Virus record (IMG/VR): IMGVR_UViG_3300020042_009419
Coordinates: 1 to 22,741 of that record
From: a virus
Lineage: Duplodnaviria; Heunggongvirae; Uroviricota; Caudoviricetes
DNA length: 22,741 nucleotides
Strand: one strand, 5' to 3'
Shown here: positions 8,891 through 14,900 of the stretch, piece after piece
How the letters are laid out: every line of letters starts with the position of its first letter
How positions within the stretch are numbered: position 1 is the first letter of the stretch
Notes under the pieces: model-generated
Told to the model about the DNA's origin: nothing
The model's database searches: none
The model's input: the letters and a program-made list of their open reading frames with translations, nothing else
Program-made: the position numbers and the translations under genes

Positions 8891-9686
8891 TTTGAGTCTC
8901 CTTGAGTATTGCGGCTGCGGTGCCGTCAGCTAGTTCTGTGGTATGGAACTGTCCGTACGCCAAATGGCAAGCCCAGGCATGACGTTCGTCATCTGTGGGA
9001 AACCATGGCGTTTCTATTTTTTCTAGATCTAAATTGCTCACAGGTCTAGCAGCATTGGCAGGTGCTGTGACAAACACAGGCACACCAGCCAAGATACATT
9101 CAGTTGCGGCAGAACTGTTGAATGTGACCACAGCATGTACATCCATGAGCCAGTCTTCGGCTCGTTGTGTTTTACGATCCCAGCGAGATGCCGGTCGTTC
9201 TCGCACTAGGATGGGTCTATCTGTGTGTTGTTTCAGTGTGTGAATAGTTGTCTGCATCCACTCATCCAGTGTGATGCCGTAAAAACTGCAGGGCTTCTCG
9301 TCGGGTGCAACCAGCAGGATGTTGCGACTGTGACGTTGTTCAGGACGCATGGCGATGCCTAGTCGTTGCCAACGATCTGCCGGCCTGGCAACAACAGTAC
9401 TGTGTTGTAGATCATTCAGCACAACTCTGTGCCAGAATTTCCAGCCATTGGGATTGTCGGGTCCGGGTCTATTGCCCAGGTATCCAGTGTCCATGTAGTA
9501 GAAGTCACGAGTGTCTTGCCAGCACCGCTTGATAATCTTGTGCTTCATGATACCTCGCAACACCAATGGGTCTGTGCTGTCTTCGTACTGCCATGTTTCT
9601 AAACAAGTGGGAATTGCACCTGATCCATGAGCAAACATTTCAATGTACTCGTCACTGTTGTTTTTGTTTAGAAATATCCAGGTCAT
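8883..9686 (-). CDS. KpsS-like putative glycosyltransferase, paralog 3 (closest to 4521-5510)
   Basis: LVLRGI, DFYYMDTGYLGN, NILLVAP, TDRPILVRE, VHAVVTFNSSAATECILAGVPV, WACHLAYGQF, DGTA. Confidence 0.6.
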   Translation of the reverse strand: MTWIFLNKNNSDEYIEMFAHGSGAIPTCLETWQYEDSTDPLVLRGIMKHKIIKRCWQDTRDFYYMDTGYLGNRPGPDNPNGWKFWHRVVLNDLQHSTVVARPADRWQRLGIAMRPEQRHSRNILLVAPDEKPCSFYGITLDEWMQTTIHTLKQHTDRPILVRERPASRWDRKTQRAEDWLMDVHAVVTFNSSAATECILAGVPVFVTAPANAARPVSNLDLEKIETPWFPTDDERHAWACHLAYGQFHTTELADGTAAAILKETQNA

Positions 9687-10486
9687 TGCCAGTACGCTTC
9701 TGTACGTGGAACCTTAAGGTCTGCTCTTCGGCTGCGCCCTAGATCTTTTCTAGCACCTTTGAGATGGTCTAGATATGCGCCCCAGTCTGAGTTGATCAGC
9801 GGATGACCTTCACCAGTGATCAAATCACCGCTCCAGTCCAGTTCTTTTAATGCGCATTGAGTTCTCACATGATCAAACACAAAACTGTCGTGCCATTCTG
9901 CCAGAGTAAAGATACCGGTCTCTGCATGATCATATACCGTTTGAAATTTTTGTAGAAAGTCTTGGGTAGCAGTACTGGCCAATTTCATTGCATACAATCC
10001 ACATTCGGTGTATTTGCCACGACGGCCCAAGAAACAAAGATCCTGAGATGCTGGGCATAACCGATCAAGGTCGGCTACAGTAACAGGACTATGGCAAACA
10101 GTATCGGCATCCATCCACAACAACCAATCAGTTTGCGTGTGTTTAGCACAATGGAAAATACTGTAGACCTTGTGAGAAAAGCGCACAGCGTCCCATTTGA
10201 ATCCTTTGCCTGAATCCTTGCGGCGTGCTCGAGCAGGATCGGCACTGACATCGCCATTGGCCTTGGGCACATCTCGCCACTGAGCTTTGAATGCCGCTAG
10301 TTCGGGACTTGCTGCCACAAGATCATGCACTGTCAAATTGGCCGCAGATTCGGTTACAGTACAGTTTTCAGCATACACAATCAGGTCTACTTCGGCAGGC
10401 CAAGTTTGCAAAAAGGTCTGGATCATGCGATGTCCGTATTTCTCGTAGCCAGCGGCATTAAAAGTGGTAACTACACAGTATCTCAT
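9683..10486 (-). CDS. GT-A fold nucleotide-diphospho-sugar transferase-like protein
   Basis: YCVVTTFN, DAVRFSHKVY, DxD motif LLWMDADTV, ECG, WHDSFVFD, YLDHLKG. Start placed at the ATG at 10486 (MRYCVV), 5 nt after TAAATA. Confidence 0.7.
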   Translation of the reverse strand: MRYCVVTTFNAAGYEKYGHRMIQTFLQTWPAEVDLIVYAENCTVTESAANLTVHDLVAASPELAAFKAQWRDVPKANGDVSADPARARRKDSGKGFKWDAVRFSHKVYSIFHCAKHTQTDWLLWMDADTVCHSPVTVADLDRLCPASQDLCFLGRRGKYTECGLYAMKLASTATQDFLQKFQTVYDHAETGIFTLAEWHDSFVFDHVRTQCALKELDWSGDLITGEGHPLINSDWGAYLDHLKGARKDLGRSRRADLKVPRTEAYWQ

Positions 10487-10491
10487 AAGTG

Positions 10492-10497
10492 TATTTA
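10492..10497 (-). promoter_or_regulatory. Putative T4-type late promoter core (TAAATA) 5 nt before the ATG at 10486
   Basis: Minus strand reads gTAAATAcacttATG at the head of the six-gene inverted operon. Confidence 0.55.
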
Positions 10498-10499
10498 CA

Positions 10500-11348
10500 G
10501 TGATAAAAAACATCGCATATTTTCCGGCTCAATGCGCCCAAAACTCGGGACCTGTCATGGGGGCAGTACTAGATAGTCTGCAGGCTCGTGGAATACAAAC
10601 ACAAGAAAACTCCATGAATTCAGATGCAGTGGTCATATGGAGTGTGCTGTGGCACGGACGTATGGCCCAAAATCAACAGGTATATCAGCACTATCGTGCG
10701 CAGGGAAAATCTGTGATAGTGATTGAAGTTGGTGCGTTGTATCGTGGTCGCACCTGGAAACTGGCGGTGAACAATGTGACAAGTCAAGGCTATTATGGGC
10801 ACGAAACCAATCTTGATCTGGACCGTCCAAGAAAACTAGGCACCAGTCTAGCAGTCAATCACAGTGCAAACCCTGCTGTACTGATAGCAGCACAGCACAA
10901 TCGCAGTCATCAACTGAACGGAGTAAACCAAGAAGCCTGGATCACAGATACTATCCGTGAGTTGCGCAAGCACACTGACAGACCAATTCATGTACGGTCG
11001 CATCCTAGGTCTGCGTTGCAATGGAATCGATTACCGTCTGACATAGTACCGGTTCGGCCAGCACGACTGAGCAACACCTACGACGGTTTTGACATGCATT
11101 TTGATTATCATGCTGTGGTCAACTACAACTCAGGACCGGGAATCCAAGCAGCTATTTCGGGCACAAGACCCATAGTAAATACTACCAGTCTAGCATATCC
11201 AGTTGCTCATGCAATAGCACAGATTGACCAACCCTACTTGATCAATCGAGATCAATGGCTGATAGAAATATGTCATACTGAATACACTGTGGAAGAATTA
11301 CAAAAGGGCCTATGGCTAAAAAGAATAGAACCAGCACTGACGGCATAG
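10500..11348 (+). CDS. KpsS-like putative glycosyltransferase, paralog 4
   Basis: VIVIEVG, VLIAAQH, TDRPIHVRSHP, YHAVVNYNSGPGIQAAISG, QWLIEICHTEY. Start placed at GTG 10500 to avoid overlap with the divergent gene; the exact start is uncertain. Confidence 0.6.
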   Translation: MIKNIAYFPAQCAQNSGPVMGAVLDSLQARGIQTQENSMNSDAVVIWSVLWHGRMAQNQQVYQHYRAQGKSVIVIEVGALYRGRTWKLAVNNVTSQGYYGHETNLDLDRPRKLGTSLAVNHSANPAVLIAAQHNRSHQLNGVNQEAWITDTIRELRKHTDRPIHVRSHPRSALQWNRLPSDIVPVRPARLSNTYDGFDMHFDYHAVVNYNSGPGIQAAISGTRPIVNTTSLAYPVAHAIAQIDQPYLINRDQWLIEICHTEYTVEELQKGLWLKRIEPALTA

Positions 11349-12049
11349 TTGATTGTGCCTGTGTGATACACAGCACCGGATATGATTGGCAGTATGTGGA
11401 ACGACTCTACAACATGCTGGTGCGTGTGTTCCCTCATGGCATACGCATGCATGTGTACACCGAGCATGACAGATCAGTTCCGCCACACATGATCAAACAT
11501 GTGCTGGATGACTGGGGCATGGGCGGTCCCAAAAAGTCCTGGTGGTACAAGATGCAGTTGTTCAATCCTGAGCACTTTGCCGGAGACCTGTTGTATCTTG
11601 ATCTTGATGTGGTGGTGGCACGTGAACTGGACTGGGTCACGGCCCTGAACACCAGTTACTTCTGGGGCATACGGGACTTTAGATATCTGCAACGACAGAA
11701 CTCAACCACACTCAACTCCAGCATGATGTGGTGGAATGTGTCCAAGTTTTCTTGGATCTGGAACGATCTTTTGACCAAAGACATTCGGCAAGTGGCCAAG
11801 CAGTTTCCCGGAGATCAAGATTATCTAGGTCATGTGCTGGATGTAAATCAACGTAGATTCTTTGAGGACAAGCGTGTGGAAAGCTACCGCTGGCAATGCC
11901 TGGATGGCGGATTTGACTTTCAGCGCCGATTGCATCGCCGCCCTGGTGCCGGAGTTGCCATTGCCAACGATACTGCCCTGGTGGTTTTTCACGGACTCCC
12001 CAAACCGCATCAGGTCACAGATCCCACCATTGCTGAACTTTGGCGCTGA
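11312..12049 (+). CDS. GT-A fold glycosyltransferase (GT8-like)
   Basis: CACVIHSTGYDWQYVERL, WWYKMQLF, DxD motif LYLDLDVVV, NSSMMWW, GDQDYL, VVFHGLPKP. Confidence 0.8.
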   Translation: MAKKNRTSTDGIVDCACVIHSTGYDWQYVERLYNMLVRVFPHGIRMHVYTEHDRSVPPHMIKHVLDDWGMGGPKKSWWYKMQLFNPEHFAGDLLYLDLDVVVARELDWVTALNTSYFWGIRDFRYLQRQNSTTLNSSMMWWNVSKFSWIWNDLLTKDIRQVAKQFPGDQDYLGHVLDVNQRRFFEDKRVESYRWQCLDGGFDFQRRLHRRPGAGVAIANDTALVVFHGLPKPHQVTDPTIAELWR

Positions 12050-12050
12050 A

Positions 12051-12079
12051 TTGACCTTTATTGCTCAAAATGCTATAAT
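12051..12079 (+). promoter_or_regulatory. sigma70-type early promoter P1
   Basis: TTGACC-17 bp-TATAAT with extended -10 TG. Confidence 0.9.
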
Positions 12080-12106
12080 ACACACTTAGTAACACAGGAG
12101 CCAACT

Positions 12107-12367
12107 ATGTCTACAATTTATAGCGCAAATATTGCAAAAGCCAAAGTCATTTACTACAAAGACAAAGAGACATACAAAATTATTTTTGCTTTTAATGTAC
12201 ACAGGAAAGTAAAAGACAACGGCGAGATTGTTCACATGTTTCCTACTCAAGCAAAATGTGCTTATGTCAGCGGAGACATCTGCTACGAAACACTTCAAGC
12301 AGACAAAGAACGTATTATTGCACAAGCCAAACAGACAATGCGCACAGATAACGTGGAATTTGTATAA
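12107..12367 (+). CDS. Hypothetical protein (86 aa), early cassette
   Basis: Own promoter P1 and AGGAG SD; no recognisable domain. Confidence 0.85.
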   Translation: MSTIYSANIAKAKVIYYKDKETYKIIFAFNVHRKVKDNGEIVHMFPTQAKCAYVSGDICYETLQADKERIIAQAKQTMRTDNVEFV

Positions 12368-12377
12368 TTTTGCAGTG

Positions 12378-12401
12378 TAATGGGCATTCGGTTGCCCATT
12401 A
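12378..12401. other. Perfect 9-bp inverted repeat overlapping the -35 box of P2
   Basis: TAATGGGCA (12378-12386), loop TTCGGT, TGCCCATTA (12393-12401); no U-tract follows. Confidence 0.7.
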
Positions 12402-12420
12402 TTCACCATTGTGCTATAAT
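12392..12420 (+). promoter_or_regulatory. sigma70-type early promoter P2
   Basis: TTGCCC-17 bp-TATAAT with extended -10 TG; a variant copy of the repeat. Confidence 0.8.
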
Positions 12421-12447
12421 ACACACATACACAGCAAGGAACTGATC

Positions 12448-12798
12448 ATGCAAGATACAATGACCCGCACTGAAGAACTGCACAGCATCTTCTGGGATAT
12501 GTACAAAGACGCTCATGGTTTCCGTCCTCGTCACGTGGACACTACGGGTTGGACAGAGGCTGAATTCAATCAGGAGTTTGAGCACCTGTCCCGCATGATC
12601 CAGCACAACGAGTGTGAGCGCAAGATCTCTGAAGAAAAAGCAGCTCACGAGTTTGAGATGCGAGTGCAGAGCATCATTGCTTGCGGTGCTGAGGATCGTG
12701 ACATGGCCATGCGCTGGATACACGAAGCTGAACAGACTCGCGGCGACAACGACTACCTTGCTTACACTCTGGGCTTGCCTTATCGTTATTTCAAGTAA
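12448..12798 (+). CDS. Hypothetical protein (116 aa), early cassette
   Basis: Start moved to ATG 12448, after P2 and AAGGA; contains FWDMYKDAHGFRPR; function unknown. Confidence 0.85.
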   Translation: MQDTMTRTEELHSIFWDMYKDAHGFRPRHVDTTGWTEAEFNQEFEHLSRMIQHNECERKISEEKAAHEFEMRVQSIIACGAEDRDMAMRWIHEAEQTRGDNDYLAYTLGLPYRYFK

Positions 12799-12810
12799 TA
12801 GGAGAAGAAA

Positions 12811-13056
12811 ATGATTGATACCGTCCAAACAGTAGAATTTCAGGGCATCACCTACAATGCCTCCCATGGTAGCCCATTTGATCGCGGCTCAGCAGACAGC
12901 TACTACGGTCGAGCACAAGATCCCCACAAGTACCCCAATGGTACCGGCAATGCACCTCGTGTGGAAGGTTCCGACATGACCCTGGCAGAGATGCGTGAAT
13001 ACTACCGGGGCTATGAGTACAATCAAGAGTCCGGCGAGCGAAAACGGTACGATTGA
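12811..13056 (+). CDS. Hypothetical protein (81 aa), early cassette
   Basis: AGGAG SD; HGSPFDRGSADSYYGR motif; its stop TGA lies inside the P3 -35 box. Confidence 0.85.
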   Translation: MIDTVQTVEFQGITYNASHGSPFDRGSADSYYGRAQDPHKYPNGTGNAPRVEGSDMTLAEMREYYRGYEYNQESGERKRYD

Positions 13057-13081
13057 CCTTTATTCACCCAAATGCTATAAT
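13053..13081 (+). promoter_or_regulatory. sigma70-type early promoter P3
   Basis: TTGACC-17 bp-TATAAT with extended -10 TG. Confidence 0.9.
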
Positions 13082-13109
13082 ACACACATACGCAGCAACA
13101 AGGAACGAT

Positions 13110-13304
13110 ATGATTCATGACTACGGAATGTTTACTGATGCGGGCAACCAAGCAGTAGAAAGCATTGTGATGCTGAAGTTTCAACGTCAACTCAGTTGGC
13201 CCACCGTCCAAGCCATGCTGGCTGCACTGGCACTGGAAGAAGTCTATTCCGAAGCAGTAGACACCGCTGTACGTGAAGCAGTTTACACAGCCTGCTTCGA
13301 TTGA
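13110..13304 (+). CDS. Hypothetical protein (64 aa), early cassette
   Basis: Start moved to ATG 13110, after P3 and AAGGA; its stop TGA lies inside the P4 -35 box. Confidence 0.8.
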   Translation: MIHDYGMFTDAGNQAVESIVMLKFQRQLSWPTVQAMLAALALEEVYSEAVDTAVREAVYTACFD

Positions 13305-13329
13305 CCTTTATTCACCGAAATGCTATAAT
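13301..13329 (+). promoter_or_regulatory. sigma70-type early promoter P4
   Basis: TTGACC-17 bp-TATAAT with extended -10 TG. Confidence 0.9.
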
Positions 13330-13355
13330 ACACACATAGCAAAAAGGAGCTGATT

Positions 13356-13469
13356 ATGATGGTACAAGATCGCAAAACTGGTGAATGGTACAACCCAGAG
13401 CTGAGATTCCAAGAAATTCTTGCCCAGCATTGGTTTATTGCTATTATAAAACGGCTAGCTAACAAATAA
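13356..13469 (+). CDS. Small protein, 37 aa (MMVQDRKTGEWYNPELRFQEILAQHWFIAIIKRLANK)
   Basis: Not in the ORF track; dedicated promoter P4, AAGGAG SD, and the ORF fills the unit up to P5. Confidence 0.75.
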   Translation: MMVQDRKTGEWYNPELRFQEILAQHWFIAIIKRLANK

Positions 13470-13475
13470 CAGGAT

Positions 13476-13504
13476 TTGACCTTTATTCACCGAAATGTTA
13501 TAAT
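13476..13504 (+). promoter_or_regulatory. sigma70-type early promoter P5
   Basis: TTGACC-17 bp-TATAAT with extended -10 TG. Confidence 0.9.
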
Positions 13505-13530
13505 ATACACTTAGCAACAAAGGAAACACC

Positions 13531-13689
13531 ATGCAAGATTTACAGACACAAGAACAGCGTTTGGACAATGCAATGCTTAAAGTGCAAGTTGTACTCAACG
13601 AGATGTTTCTAGACCAGAATGACGAAGTGCAAGACGCTTTTAACAAGTTTGTGCTAGCCTACAAAGCAGCCTTAAGCGCCCGTTATTAA
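13531..13689 (+). CDS. Small helical protein, 52 aa (MQDLQTQEQRLDNAMLKVQVVLNEMFLDQNDEVQDAFNKFVLAYKAALSARY)
   Basis: Not in the ORF track; dedicated promoter P5, AAAGGA SD, and the ORF fills the unit up to P6. Confidence 0.78.
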   Translation: MQDLQTQEQRLDNAMLKVQVVLNEMFLDQNDEVQDAFNKFVLAYKAALSARY

Positions 13690-13705
13690 CAACACTTTGG
13701 CGCAT

Positions 13706-13734
13706 TTGACCTTTATTCAGAGTTCTGCTATAAT
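13706..13734 (+). promoter_or_regulatory. sigma70-type early promoter P6
   Basis: TTGACC-17 bp-TATAAT with extended -10 TG. Confidence 0.9.
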
Positions 13735-13764
13735 ACTATTTTAACGCACAAAAAGGAGCCAACC

Positions 13765-14793
13765 GTGAGTGCAATTCGAATCGTTAGTGGTGAGTATCGT
13801 AACAAAAAAGTTAGCAATGCTACATTCAGCCTAGTAAAGGGATTCCAAACTGGATCCAAAGGCGGATTTGTTACTGTAAAAAGTAATGGACATTTTGGTC
13901 CTGAGTTTGACGTTGTTCGCATTCGTGTAAATAACATTTCTGACATTGAATACGTAAATGGAGTAGACCCTGTGACAGCACATTCACCGCAGATTGAAGT
14001 TGCAAAACACACAGAAACTGAAGAACAGGCAATGACTCGAATTCGCGAGCGTTTTGAAATTCTTACAGAAATGACCAAGGCAGCAACAGCCGGCGACATT
14101 CGTGCCATGATTGTGTCAGGTCCTCCAGGCGTGGGCAAGAGCTTTGGCGTGGAACTGGAAATTGACAAGGCCACCATGTTTGATAAACTGGCGGGCAAAC
14201 GGCTTCGTGCAGAAGTTGTCAAAGGTTCAGCCACCCCAATTGGCCTGTATCAGACTCTGTACAAGTACTCAGATGAAAACTGTGTGCTGGTGTTTGATGA
14301 CTGTGACTCAATCCTGTTGGATGACGTTGCACTGAACTTGCTGAAAGGTGCCCTGGACTCAGGCAAGAAGCGTAAAATTAGTTGGTTGAGTGAAAGCTCG
14401 AGCCTGCGCCGTGAAGGCATCCCAGACAGTTTTGAATTCAAAGGCAGTGTGATCTTTATCACCAACCTGAAGTTTGACAAAATGAAATCGCAAAAATTGC
14501 GGGATCACCTGGATGCACTGCAAAGTCGCTGCCATTACCTGGACTTGACGCTGGACACCATGCGTGACAAGATTCTGCGTATCAAACAAATTGCCAGCGA
14601 TGGCGTGTTGTTTGCAGACTACGACTTTGAGCAGTGCCAGCAAGACGACATCATTGAGTTCATGAACACCAATCAGACTCGACTGCGTGAAATGAGCCTG
14701 CGCATGGCGCTGAAGGTGGCGGATCTTGTCAAGAGCTTTCCGGCAAAATGGCGCTTGATGGCAGAGACCACATGCATGAAGCCAGCACAATGA
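13765..14793 (+). CDS. P-loop NTPase (AAA+-like) with a small N-terminal domain
   Basis: GTG start after AAGGAG; Walker A GPPGVGKS, Walker B VLVFDDCD, VIFITN, ALQSRCH; tandem TGA TAA stops. Confidence 0.85.
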   Translation: MSAIRIVSGEYRNKKVSNATFSLVKGFQTGSKGGFVTVKSNGHFGPEFDVVRIRVNNISDIEYVNGVDPVTAHSPQIEVAKHTETEEQAMTRIRERFEILTEMTKAATAGDIRAMIVSGPPGVGKSFGVELEIDKATMFDKLAGKRLRAEVVKGSATPIGLYQTLYKYSDENCVLVFDDCDSILLDDVALNLLKGALDSGKKRKISWLSESSSLRREGIPDSFEFKGSVIFITNLKFDKMKSQKLRDHLDALQSRCHYLDLTLDTMRDKILRIKQIASDGVLFADYDFEQCQQDDIIEFMNTNQTRLREMSLRMALKVADLVKSFPAKWRLMAETTCMKPAQ

Positions 14794-14796
14794 TAA

Positions 14797-14866
14797 GAGT
14801 TTTCTGGGCCTAGGTTGGCTCCTGCCCAGATTTCACAGTCGCCCCTAAAAAGGCGACTGTTTTTTT
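14797..14866 (+). ncRNA. Candidate 3'-UTR regulatory RNA (anti-RBS hairpin plus terminator)
   Basis: Stem TCTGGGC (14803-14809) / GCCCAGA (14824-14830) encloses GGTTGGCTCCT (14813-14823), the exact reverse complement of 13754-13764. The function is inferred. Confidence 0.4.
14835..14866 (+). terminator. Rho-independent terminator
   Basis: ACAGTCGCC / GGCGACTGT 9-bp stem, 8-nt loop, then a T run to 14866. Confidence 0.9.
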
Positions 14867-14893
14867 GACTTTTGTATAGATGTGTGTTACTAT
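14865..14893 (+). promoter_or_regulatory. sigma70-type promoter, probably producing a leaderless mRNA
   Basis: TTGACT-17 bp-TACTAT with extended -10 TG; ATG at 14901 is 7 nt downstream with no SD; the -35 overlaps the terminator T run. Confidence 0.7.
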
Positions 14894-14900
14894 ATACAGT

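Larger units (their letters stand above)
12051..13740 (+). repeat. Six dispersed direct repeats of about 35 nt, consensus TTGACCTTTATTCACCnAAATGCTATAATACACAC
   Basis: Copies begin at 12051, 12392, 13053, 13301, 13476 and 13706; each is followed by an SD-like motif and an ORF. Confidence 0.92.

Noticed and set aside
6395-10507. TTTATCA / TGATAAA inverted pair near the ends of the inverted operon as invertase sites
   Set aside because: Only 7 bp and AT-rich, both copies lie inside coding sequence, and no recombinase is present in the window; expected by chance.
3077-12049. Bacterial chromosomal capsule/LPS locus or NCLDV origin
   Set aside because: No export or polymerase genes were recognised, and the flanking uvsX, uvsY, uvsW and gp62-like genes plus sigma70/SD signals indicate a T4-like bacteriophage.
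12363-12368. Extra TATAAT before P2
   Set aside because: No -35 at the right distance and no TGn extension; it arises from GTA-TAA at the end of the ORF.
12403-12867. 154-aa minus-strand ORF
   Set aside because: It overlaps promoter P2 and two plus-strand genes that have SDs; a shadow frame.
12370-13109. Track start codons at 12370 and 13053
   Set aside because: The extensions run through promoters P2 and P3; downstream ATGs at 12448 and 13110 have SDs.
12051-13740. Repeat array as a CRISPR array
   Set aside because: Unit lengths are 175-661 bp and uneven, the intervals encode ORFs, the repeats are sigma70 promoters, and no cas gene is present.
13928-13933. TAAATA inside the ATPase gene
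   Set aside because: Intragenic, and not in the N5-ATG arrangement; a hexamer match is expected by chance.
13728-14790. Long antisense ORFs (13728-14234, 14359-14790)
   Set aside because: They shadow the well-supported ATPase and have no motif, SD or promoter.
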